The translations under genes and the position numbers were made by a program. From assembly GCA_044344255.1 (NCBI GenBank), contig JBIJDH010000012.1, forward strand, positions 1 to 64,000: a DNA stretch of 64,000 bases, read 5' to 3'. This document shows, piece after piece, positions 16,118 through 24,152 of the stretch (position 1 is its first letter; each line of letters begins with the position of its first letter). This stretch comes from Myxococcota bacterium (GTDB taxonomy: Bacteria > Myxococcota_A > UBA796 > UBA2385). The notes under the pieces were generated by a model. That model saw nothing but the letters and a program-made list of their open reading frames with translations, did not search any database and was not told the DNA's origin.

Positions 16118-17179
16118 GTGCCCAGCCTCAGCCAACCGCCTCAACGGACCACCAGCGGCCCCACGATCGCCGACCGTCCTTCAACCGACGCCCGTCGCCG
16201 AGCGACCAGCGGCGACGGCCGGGGAAACGCCTACGGGTTGGAGCGGCTCCGAGGGGAGGCGGGCGCTGGCACCGCTGCGTCGGGCGTGGCGGAGGCCACC
16301 GACGGCCCCACTCAGGCGCCCTCCATCGGGCCACGCTCGAACGCGGGCACACCCGCCACACCCCACGGAGACCAGAGCCTCTCTCTGTCGTTGAAGGCGG
16401 GCAAGGTCTTCGGCGTGGGAGATCGTGGGCCCGCAGTCACGGAGCTCCAGCGGCTCCTGGGCCTCAGCGCCGGCGGTCAATCCGGCGTCTACGGCCCCAC
16501 CACCGAGGCGGCCGTGAAGGAGTTCCAATCGGCCCACTCGATCGAGGCCAACGGTCGGGTCGGTCCGACCACCTTCAAGGCGCTGACCGCACCCAAGGCC
16601 GTCGACGCCAAGAAGAGCGCGCCCATCATCGATCAGTATCGAATGAATAACCAGTATAATGGTGGTTTTTGCGGGATCGCGACCCTGCTCAGCACGCTCG
16701 AGGCGATGGGCGCCAAGCCGAACGTCGACATTCGAAACGAGGCGCAGCTCGAGCGCTTCTCGCGCGGCATCTACACCCCGGGCCAAGGCTCGAGCGGCGC
16801 CGCGATGGCTGAGAAGATGCGCAGCTTCGGACGGCAGAACGCCACCTTCACCACCAGCGGCTCCTTCGATCAGCTCATGAAGAACCTCGTGAAGGGGGAG
16901 CCCGTCCCGGTGGGCTTCGTGAGCATGGGCGGCACCGTCGTGGCCGCCCCCAAGGCCAGCGTCCGCTACGGAAGCGCGGCCGCGGTCGGCCGGACACACT
17001 TCCACAAATTCGGCGCGAGCGGCCACTGGGCGACCGTGGTCGGCTTCGAGGGGGATCCAAAGAGCCCGACCCACCTCCTCGTGAACGACTCCGACACCGG
17101 CGCCCGCCTCCGAATGACCCGCGCCGAATTCGAGCGACACTCCGACGCCCGCACCGGAATCTGGATGATCCCGCACTGA
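16118..17179 (+). CDS. Peptidoglycan-binding domain protein with C39-like (papain-fold) peptidase domain
   Basis: GDRGPAVTELQRLL...GVYGPTTEAAVKEFQ...NGRVGPTTF (PG_binding_1); Q...FCGIATL, GHWATVVGF and VNDS as Cys-His-Asp. Confidence 0.75.
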   Translation: MPSLSQPPQRTTSGPTIADRPSTDARRRATSGDGRGNAYGLERLRGEAGAGTAASGVAEATDGPTQAPSIGPRSNAGTPATPHGDQSLSLSLKAGKVFGVGDRGPAVTELQRLLGLSAGGQSGVYGPTTEAAVKEFQSAHSIEANGRVGPTTFKALTAPKAVDAKKSAPIIDQYRMNNQYNGGFCGIATLLSTLEAMGAKPNVDIRNEAQLERFSRGIYTPGQGSSGAAMAEKMRSFGRQNATFTTSGSFDQLMKNLVKGEPVPVGFVSMGGTVVAAPKASVRYGSAAAVGRTHFHKFGASGHWATVVGFEGDPKSPTHLLVNDSDTGARLRMTRAEFERHSDARTGIWMIPH

Positions 17180-17344
17180 GCTCGGCCCTTCGCCGTGGGT
17201 TGGGCGGCCCCTCCCCGCGACGAGGTCGCTCACCGGCGGCCGGCAAGTGGGGCCGGACGCCTCGGGCGACCACGACTTCGCGGAGGACCAGAGCCGGTCC
17301 GTCTTCCGCCGCGCGGTGGCGGGCGACCGCGCGCCCGAAGGGCC

Positions 17345-17998
17345 TCAGGCCGTGGGCAGCCTACGGAGCGTCGGCGAGACGCGGAAGGTGGCGCCCGTGG
17401 CGGCGACCACGTCCTCGATCTGCAAGTCGTCGGCGATCTCCTCGAGGGTGAGGCCCCCTTCGAAGCTGAACACGCCGTAGTCCGTGATCAGCAGGTGCAC
17501 GCAGGCCTCGCCGGTGAGCGGCAGATCACAGCGCTCGAGCAGCTTCGGCTGCCCCTTCGCGGTGTGCTCCATCGTGACCACGACACGCTGGGCGCCGGCC
17601 ACGAGGTCCATGGCGCCGCCCATGCCCTTGACCATCTTGCCGGGGATCATCCAATTGGCGAGGTCACCCGCCGCCGAGACCTGCATCGCGCCGAGGATGG
17701 TGAGGTCGACGTGGCCGCCGCGCACCATCGCGAAGCTGTCCGCCGAGGAGAAGAAGCTGGCCCCGGGCAGGGCCGTGACCGTCTGCTTCCCCGCGTTGAT
17801 GAGGTCGGCGTCGACCTCGGCGGCGGTCGGGAAGGGGCCCATCCCGAGCAGGCCGTTCTCACTGTGGAGGATGATGTCCATCCCGGGGGGGATGTGGTTC
17901 GCCACCAGGGTGGGGATCCCGATGCCCAGGTTGACGTAGAAGCCGTCGCGCAGCTCTTCGGCGGCGCGGCGGACGATGGCCTCACGGCTCAGCGGCAT
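17345..17998 (-). CDS. scoB: 3-oxoacid CoA-transferase subunit B
   Basis: [32 protein letters not shown]. Confidence 0.93.
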   Translation of the reverse strand: MPLSREAIVRRAAEELRDGFYVNLGIGIPTLVANHIPPGMDIILHSENGLLGMGPFPTAAEVDADLINAGKQTVTALPGASFFSSADSFAMVRGGHVDLTILGAMQVSAAGDLANWMIPGKMVKGMGGAMDLVAGAQRVVVTMEHTAKGQPKLLERCDLPLTGEACVHLLITDYGVFSFEGGLTLEEIADDLQIEDVVAATGATFRVSPTLRRLPTA

Positions 17999-18001
17999 GG
18001 C

Positions 18002-18697
18002 TCAGTCCTCCCGAATGGTGCGCTTCTCGATGCGCTTCTCGTAGGCCTCTCCCACCACCACCCGCTGGACGAAGATGCCCGGCGTGTGGATGGTGTCGGG
18101 GTCAAGCTCTCCGACTGGGACGAGCTCTTCGACCTCTGCGATCGTGATGGTCGCAGCGGTGCACATCATGGGGTTGAAGTTGCGCGCGGTGGCCTTGAAG
18201 ACGAGGTTGCCGAGGCGGTCCCCCTTCCAAGCCTTCACCAGGGCGAAGTCACCTCGGATGGCCCGCTCGAGGACGTAACGCCGGCCGTCGAACTCGCGGA
18301 CCTCCTTGCCGTTGGCCACGACCGTCCCCACGCCGGTGGGCGTGAAGAAGGCCGGGATGCCGGCCCCGCCCGCCCGGATGCGCTCGGCGAGCGTGCCTTG
18401 GGGGCAGAGCTCCACCTCGAGCTCCCCTGAGAGGTACTGCCGCTCGAACTCCTTGTTCTCTCCCACGTAGCTCGAGATCATCTTCTTGATCTGCCGGCTC
18501 TGGAGGAGCAGGCCGAGGCCGAAGTCATCCACTCCCGCGTTGTTGGAGGCGACCGTGAGGCCGCGGGTGCCGCGCTCGACGAGCGCCGCGATGAGCTTCT
18601 CGGGGATGCCGCAGAGGCCGAAGCCGCCGGCGAGCAGGAAGGCCCCGTCGGGGATGTCGGCGACCGCGGCGGCGGCGGAGGGGAAGACCTTGTTCAT
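18002..18697 (-). CDS. scoA: 3-oxoacid CoA-transferase subunit A
   Basis: [42 protein letters not shown]. Confidence 0.93.
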   Translation of the reverse strand: MNKVFPSAAAAVADIPDGAFLLAGGFGLCGIPEKLIAALVERGTRGLTVASNNAGVDDFGLGLLLQSRQIKKMISSYVGENKEFERQYLSGELEVELCPQGTLAERIRAGGAGIPAFFTPTGVGTVVANGKEVREFDGRRYVLERAIRGDFALVKAWKGDRLGNLVFKATARNFNPMMCTAATITIAEVEELVPVGELDPDTIHTPGIFVQRVVVGEAYEKRIEKRTIRED

Positions 18698-18765
18698 CGG
18701 GGGCTCCGAGTGATCGTCCAGGGGCGGAGGGGACGGCGAGCCGGGGGGGCCCGACCGCCGGGGCT

Positions 18766-19848
18766 TCAGGCCAGCTCGACCTCGTGGGCAGTGCCGCAGT
18801 ACGGGCAGCTCAGGCGGGCCTGACCTGCGACCGGCGGAGGCAGGGGCGAGCCACAGCCGGTGCAGATCGTCGCGAATTTCATCGGCTTGGAGCCGGCGGA
18901 GGCCGAGGCGTCGGCGGCGGCCACGCCGGGCTTGAGGCGCGCGATGGCGCCCGAGCGGATGTCCTCGACGAGGGCGTCCCAGTCTTTTGCCGTGCCCTTG
19001 TCTACCTCGAAGGTGCTCTTGTCACCCGGAACGCTCGACTCCTTGGCCCAAACGAAGGACAACATTTGGTCCTTGATGAGCATCCCGCGGGTGCTGTCCT
19101 CCGAGCGCTGGAGGTGGCCGATCGGCTCATCGAGCAGGAGCCGCTGAACCTTCTCGGTGTCGGTCGTGAAGAAGAGGAACTTCTTCTTCGATATCTCTTC
19201 GCGCTGTTCGAAGCGCACCCGGGTGTTGGTGAAGAAGAGGAAGCCCTTCGGCTTCTCACCCTCCTTGTGGTCATCCCAGGTGGCCGGCACGGCGCTCACC
19301 GGGTGCTCACCGGCGCCGAGCTGAAACTTGGCGGCCTCGAAGAGGTCGAGCTGCTCCGACTGGTCCTGCACTCGGCGAGCCACCTTGTCAAAGCGGGTCT
19401 GCCACGGAGCCACCAGCGTCTCGAGCTCGGCCTTGCGCGCGTTGAAGGTGGTCTCGAGGGCGTCCCGATCTCCCGAGATGGCGCGCACGGAGGGCTCGTG
19501 CGCGAGCTCGGCCGGGATGGCGCGGATCTTCCGCACCAGCACGTCGGCCCGCGGCCGGAGCTCGGCGGCGAGGCGCTGCGCTTCGGTGCGGGTGCGCTGC
19601 GAGAGCGCGGCGGCCTCCCCGTTGAGCTCGCCAAGCTCACGCTGCTCGGGACCCACCAGCGGGTACCCGCGAGCGATCAGCCGATCGAGGGCCTGGCCCA
19701 CGGCCGGCAGGCGGCCGACCCGCTCGGCGAGGGCGCGGAGGAGGTCTTGCTGCTCCACATCGCGGAGGATGCGGTCTGCGTCGCGCTGAATGTCTTGATG
19801 GAGGGCCCGGAGCGCGCCCTCCTGGGCCATGGTTTCCGGCGTGGTCAT
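18766..19848 (-). CDS. Hypothetical protein: helical N-terminus, possible PH-like region, C-terminal zinc ribbon
   Basis: SD GAGGAGG before ATG; C-terminal CTGCG...CPYCG; gene-like codon usage. Confidence 0.75.
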   Translation of the reverse strand: MTTPETMAQEGALRALHQDIQRDADRILRDVEQQDLLRALAERVGRLPAVGQALDRLIARGYPLVGPEQRELGELNGEAAALSQRTRTEAQRLAAELRPRADVLVRKIRAIPAELAHEPSVRAISGDRDALETTFNARKAELETLVAPWQTRFDKVARRVQDQSEQLDLFEAAKFQLGAGEHPVSAVPATWDDHKEGEKPKGFLFFTNTRVRFEQREEISKKKFLFFTTDTEKVQRLLLDEPIGHLQRSEDSTRGMLIKDQMLSFVWAKESSVPGDKSTFEVDKGTAKDWDALVEDIRSGAIARLKPGVAAADASASAGSKPMKFATICTGCGSPLPPPVAGQARLSCPYCGTAHEVELA

Positions 19849-19949
19849 GAGTTCCTCCTCATGCGCCCCGTTATCCCCGCGGCTCCGGGTCCGCCTTGAC
19901 CCGTGACCGCCGGCCGCGTAGGCTCACGTGCGAGGTCGCAGGCACGATC

Positions 19950-21128
19950 ATGATGGCTACGATTCAGGACCCGATTCACAATTCGAATCACAAATCGAAG
20001 GCCCTCTGCGTGGGTCTGCTCGCGACCGCGCTCCTGCCCGCGGCCCACGCCGCTGAGGTCACCGAGCTCGCGCCCCGGAACCGGGGTGACATCGAGATCC
20101 GCTACGATCTCGCGGCGGAGTCCGGTGAGCTCGTCCAAGACGGCAAGTCGGTCGGCTCGCGAGATCTCGCCGATCACGTCATCACCTACACGGGCAACTT
20201 CTCCTTCTACACGGGCTCGGCCTTCTTCTTCGAGGTGCCCCAGCACGTCTCGCAGACCGTGAAGTACGCCGACACCCAGCAGATGGTCTATGACCCGCTC
20301 AATGACGCTGGCACGATGATCAACACGCCCGGCGCCGCCGAGGCCACCGACCTCGACGGCCACGGCTTGGGCGGCGTGTGGATCGGCCTCCGCGGCACGC
20401 CGATCTCCCAGGAGATCTGGGCTGCGCGAGGTGACCGGAGCACCTGGCTCATCGAGGGCGCCCTCCGCTTCCGCGACAAGACGAATTTCTGGACCACCGA
20501 GGGCGGCGAGCGCGGCGCCGGGGAAGGCGCGCCGGCCTACCGGCTCCGCACCGCCTTCTCCACCTCCCACGGCCGCGCGCAGCCCTACCTCGTGGGCACG
20601 CTGACCCGCACCGGGCGCATCAACCTCGACGTCGTCGAGGAAGACGGCACCACCGTCGCCCGTGGGCTCGAAGTGCGCCCGGCCAGCACGGTCGACGTCC
20701 TGGTCGGCAGCGAGCTGCTCGCCGGCACCTACGGCACCGACGGGGCCGAGGTCCAGGTCGACTTCCGCACTCGCTTCACCTACACCGGCTGGCAGGACAT
20801 CCCGAGCGGCACATTCCTGCCGAGCGTGCTCGACGCCTCCAAGGGCTCCGCGGCCACCGAGACCGAGCACCTCTCCTTCACCGGCGGCCTCGGCGTCCAC
20901 TGGCGCTTCGTCGAGTACGTGCAGCTCAACCTGAGCGGCGAGGTGGGCGTCCGCACGCCCCGCCAGGTCGAGCACTTCTACCCGGTGACGACGAACATGG
21001 GCGACATCGCCTGGGGGATCCACACGGGGCTCCGCTTCCGCGCCCGGGACCCTCTCTTCGCCCAGGCGTCCGCCAAGAGCTCCGGGACCAACGCGCCGAG
21101 CCCCGCCCCCCTCGACACCCTCGACTGA
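19950..21128 (+). CDS. Secreted protein, probable outer-membrane beta-barrel
   Basis: Signal peptide ALCVGLLATALLPAAHA; alternating beta-strand patterns; start uncertain. Confidence 0.65.
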   Translation: MMATIQDPIHNSNHKSKALCVGLLATALLPAAHAAEVTELAPRNRGDIEIRYDLAAESGELVQDGKSVGSRDLADHVITYTGNFSFYTGSAFFFEVPQHVSQTVKYADTQQMVYDPLNDAGTMINTPGAAEATDLDGHGLGGVWIGLRGTPISQEIWAARGDRSTWLIEGALRFRDKTNFWTTEGGERGAGEGAPAYRLRTAFSTSHGRAQPYLVGTLTRTGRINLDVVEEDGTTVARGLEVRPASTVDVLVGSELLAGTYGTDGAEVQVDFRTRFTYTGWQDIPSGTFLPSVLDASKGSAATETEHLSFTGGLGVHWRFVEYVQLNLSGEVGVRTPRQVEHFYPVTTNMGDIAWGIHTGLRFRARDPLFAQASAKSSGTNAPSPAPLDTLD

Positions 21129-21200
21129 GCTCCGCGGCCCGGTCCAGCAAGCCGGTGCCAGCCCGCCGGACGGAGCTGGCCCGCCGGAGCGACCAGACTC

Positions 21201-21566
21201 TCAGCCGTCGAAGGCGTCGTCGATCCAGCTCACCGCGTCGCCCTCCACCAGGGCGACGAGGAAGCACACCTCGTCGATAGGCTCATCGTAGAGCGCCAGC
21301 CAGGCCCCCGCGGCCCCGCGGAGCCGCCTGCGCTTGCCGTCGTCGATAGCCTCGACGCCCACTGGATCATCGGCCTCGCGGAGCTTGACCTCGACCATGC
21401 GGAGCGTGCGGCCCCGACGCACCACGAGGTCCAGCTCGCCGCCACCGCCGATCCAATTGCGGACAAGCACGGACCAGCCCTCCCCCTCGAGGAGGGAGGC
21501 GATCCGTGCTTCTGCCGCTGCGCCGCGGAGCAGGGCGGCGCGCCGCTGCTCCGGCGAGGAGGCCAA
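21201..21566 (-). CDS. yraN: YraN family (UPF0102) nuclease
   Basis: GAAAE, RNW, GELDLV, VEVK motifs; TTG start directly after the rplS stop. Confidence 0.85.
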   Translation of the reverse strand: MASSPEQRRAALLRGAAAEARIASLLEGEGWSVLVRNWIGGGGELDLVVRRGRTLRMVEVKLREADDPVGVEAIDDGKRRRLRGAAGAWLALYDEPIDEVCFLVALVEGDAVSWIDDAFDG

Positions 21567-21923
21567 TCAGCCTCGGGTGCCGCGCTCTTCGCGGAGGCGA
21601 GCGGCGCGGCCCTTGAGGCCACGGAGGTAGTACAGCTTGGCGCGGCGCACGCGGTTGTGCGACTTGACCTCGATGGACTCGATCCAGGGGCTGTAGAGCG
21701 GGAAGATGCGCTCGACGCCGACGCCGAAGGAGGTCTTGCGCACGGTGACCGTGGTGCGGGGGCCGCCCGCGCGGATGCGGATGACGGTGCCCTCGTAGAC
21801 CTGGATGCGGGTCTTGCCGCCCTCCTGGATCTTGCAGTGCACGCGGACGGTGTCGCCGGCGTAGAGCTTGGCGGGGGGCGACGCGGGGGTGAGGGCGTCT
21901 TCGATCTGGCCGATGGCGTTCAT
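21567..21923 (-). CDS. rplS: 50S ribosomal protein L19
   Basis: [40 protein letters not shown]. Confidence 0.97.
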   Translation of the reverse strand: MNAIGQIEDALTPASPPAKLYAGDTVRVHCKIQEGGKTRIQVYEGTVIRIRAGGPRTTVTVRKTSFGVGVERIFPLYSPWIESIEVKSHNRVRRAKLYYLRGLKGRAARLREERGTRG

Positions 21924-22081
21924 GGGAGGATCCTCGAAGGGGAGACGAGCCCAGGACCGGTGAGCCGGGCTGGTGATCGCCCGTCGCGCCGGGGGAGCCT
22001 CCAGCTCGATCGAGCCCGCTCGATCCGCCTTCGGCCCCGCCCTGGGGCCTCGGAGGGAGGCCGGCTGTACGGGAGCGGGCC

Positions 22082-22110
22082 CACGTAGCGAAACCAAGGC
22101 GGTCTGTCAA
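22082..22110 (-). promoter_or_regulatory. Internal sigma70-like promoter upstream of rplS, overlapping the trmD stop
   Basis: Minus strand TTGACA(22110-05)-N17-TACGTG(22087-82). Confidence 0.5.
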
Positions 22111-22910
22111 CGCGTCGGGGGCTCCGCCTCGGCCACGCCGTCGGGAGCCGCGTCGCGATCACCCTCCGCCGGCCGCGCCGCCGCCTCGGCCGGGGCCCGC
22201 CGCCGTCGCCGCTTGGGGGGCGCAGGCGGGGCGAGGAGGCTGGGGTCGAACAGGTCCGCCCGCACCGCCTGCGTGAGCGCCAGGGCCTGCACACGGCGCC
22301 AGGCCTCGATGCGGCCGTGGTGGCCGGAGCTCAGGATCTCGGGCACCGCCCACCCGTTGTAGACCGGGGGGCGGGTGTAACAGGGGGCCTCGAGCAGCCC
22401 GTCGCCAAAGGACTCGGTGGACAGGCTCTCGGGGTTGCCGAGCACACCCGGCAGCAGCCGCGCGATCGCGTCGATGATCACCATCGCCGGCAGCTCCCCG
22501 CCGGTGAGCACATAGTCGCCGATAGAGTAGGCCTCATCGACGAGGTGCTGCCGCACGCGGCCGTCGACGCCCTCGTAGTGCCCGCAGAGGAAGACGAGGT
22601 GGGACTCCCCGGCGAGGCGCCGGGCGTGCTCCTGTCGAAAGGGCGTGCCCGCAGGGTCCATCAGCAGGACCCGGGTGCCCTCGCGGCGCAGGGCGTGCAG
22701 GGCGGCGTCCACGACGTCTACGCGCAGGACCATGCCGCTGCCGCCCCCGTAGGGGCTGTCATCGACGCTGCGGTGCTTGCCCACGCCCCAGTCGCGGAGC
22801 GCGTGCAAGCCGACCTCGAGGAGCCCGCTGGCCCGCGCACGGCCGAGGATGCTCTCCCCCAGCGGCCCCTCGAACCAGGCGGGGAAGAGGGTGAGCACGT
22901 CGACGCGCAC
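22107..22910 (-). CDS. trmD: tRNA (guanine37-N1)-methyltransferase
   Basis: DVLTLFP, VDDSPYGGGSGM, CGHYEGVD, SIGDYVLTGGELPA; GTG overlaps the rimM stop. Confidence 0.97.
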   Translation of the reverse strand: MRVDVLTLFPAWFEGPLGESILGRARASGLLEVGLHALRDWGVGKHRSVDDSPYGGGSGMVLRVDVVDAALHALRREGTRVLLMDPAGTPFRQEHARRLAGESHLVFLCGHYEGVDGRVRQHLVDEAYSIGDYVLTGGELPAMVIIDAIARLLPGVLGNPESLSTESFGDGLLEAPCYTRPPVYNGWAVPEILSSGHHGRIEAWRRVQALALTQAVRADLFDPSLLAPPAPPKRRRRRAPAEAAARPAEGDRDAAPDGVAEAEPPTR

Positions 22911-23416
22911 TACACCGCCTCGCCAGCGTCCTCGGTGACGGTGATGCCCTTCACCCGGTCCACCGAGAGGATCTGCTCCTTGGTGGCCTGGATGAAGCGA
23001 TCGTCGCCCTTGCCGCGGACGACCCACACGTCCAGCTCGTCCTGCTCGTAGATCTCTACGAGGCGACCGAGCGATCGGCCCCCCTCGGTGTGAACCGGGA
23101 GACCGATGAGCTCGTGCTGATACCAGGTGCCCTCTTCGAGGCTGGGCAGGGCCTCGAGCGAGACCTCGATCTCGGCGCCCACGAGCGCCTCGGCCTCCTC
23201 CAGCCGCTCGATCCCCTCGAAGGTGCCGATGATCCGCTTGCCGGCCCCGGAGCGGACCCGGAGCTTCAGCTTCCGCTTCTCCGCCTTGCCGAGGAGCAGC
23301 TCGACCTCCCGGGGATGATCGAAGAGATCCGTGCCCGGGTTGTAGAGGTACACCCGCACCTCACCCCGGAGCCCGAAGACCCCGGTGATTCGACCGAGCC
23401 GGACCTGGTCGCCCAG
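22910..23416 (-). CDS. rimM: Ribosome maturation factor RimM (probable CTG start)
   Basis: Conserved N-terminal LGRITGVFGLRGEVRV lies upstream of the ORF-track GTG (23359); WYQHELIGLPV and C-terminal PRC-barrel pattern; synteny khpA-rimM-trmD. Confidence 0.88.
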   Translation of the reverse strand: MGDQVRLGRITGVFGLRGEVRVYLYNPGTDLFDHPREVELLLGKAEKRKLKLRVRSGAGKRIIGTFEGIERLEEAEALVGAEIEVSLEALPSLEEGTWYQHELIGLPVHTEGGRSLGRLVEIYEQDELDVWVVRGKGDDRFIQATKEQILSVDRVKGITVTEDAGEAV

Positions 23417-23419
23417 GAC

Positions 23420-23671
23420 CTACTCCTCTTCGGAGGAGGAGGAGTCGCCGTCGATGAGGTCCAGCACGGCCTTGCGGGCCCCGCCAGCCACCGCGAGCAC
23501 CTGCTGCATGGCGTTCAAGGTCTGCCCCTTGTCGCCTCGAACCGCGGCCACGTCGTCTGGATGGACGCGCAGCTCGAGGAGCACGGAGGCCGTGCCCTCG
23601 ACGACGTTCACGCTCACCGCGCCCGGGTGCCGGACGAGGGGGCGAACGAGGTACTGGACCAGCGCTTCCAC
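23420..23671 (-). CDS. khpA: KH-domain RNA-binding protein (KhpA/YlqC family)
   Basis: LVQYLVRPLVRHP...ELRVHPDDV...GDKGQTL; located between rpsP and rimM. Confidence 0.85.
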   Translation of the reverse strand: MEALVQYLVRPLVRHPGAVSVNVVEGTASVLLELRVHPDDVAAVRGDKGQTLNAMQQVLAVAGGARKAVLDLIDGDSSSSEEE

Positions 23672-23674
23672 GGC

Positions 23675-23929
23675 TCAGCCAGCCGGCTGGGCGGCCTTGC
23701 GGGCCTTCGAGATGAGCGAGCTCACCGTCTCGGAGGGCGAGGCGCCCACGCTCAACCAGTAGTCGACGCGAGCGAGGTCGACCTTGATGTTCGAGGGGTT
23801 GGTCTTGGGGTCGTAGTAGCCGATCGTCTCGATGCTGGCGCTGTCCCGGGGGGCGCGGCTGTCGGTGACGATGATGCGGTAGAAGGGAAGGTTCTTGCGA
23901 CCAAGGCGGGTCAGCCGGAGACGGACCAT
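23675..23929 (-). CDS. rpsP: 30S ribosomal protein S16
   Basis: MVRLRLTRLGRKNLPFYRIIVTDSRAPRD...IGYYDP...YWLSVGASPSETV. Confidence 0.97.
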   Translation of the reverse strand: MVRLRLTRLGRKNLPFYRIIVTDSRAPRDSASIETIGYYDPKTNPSNIKVDLARVDYWLSVGASPSETVSSLISKARKAAQPAG

Positions 23930-23970
23930 CTGAGAGCTCCCATCGGTGCGACCCGAGGCCGCGCAGATTC

Positions 23971-24007
23971 GAAAATCAAGGATGAAAATCAAGGACGAAT
24001 CAGGGAA
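23971..24007. repeat. 13-bp tandem repeat GAAAATCAAGGA[T/C] x2 plus a degenerate third copy in the rpsP leader
   Basis: 23971-83, 23984-96, and GAATCAGGGAA at 23997-24007. Confidence 0.85.
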
Positions 24008-24112
24008 ACGGAGCCACGATCGTGAGAGGGAGCGTGGAGACCGGCACCGAGGCGTGGCCTGGGGGTAGGTCTACGGCGTCCTCTGCGGATCAAGACCTCC
24101 GCGGAACGGGCT

Positions 24113-24141
24113 CGTTTACTCAGCCAGAGGGGTCGCGTCAA
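24113..24141 (-). promoter_or_regulatory. Sigma70-like promoter of the rpsP operon
   Basis: Minus strand TTGACG(24141-36)-N17-TAAACG(24118-13). Confidence 0.5.
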
Positions 24142-24152
24142 CCCAGGCCCGC

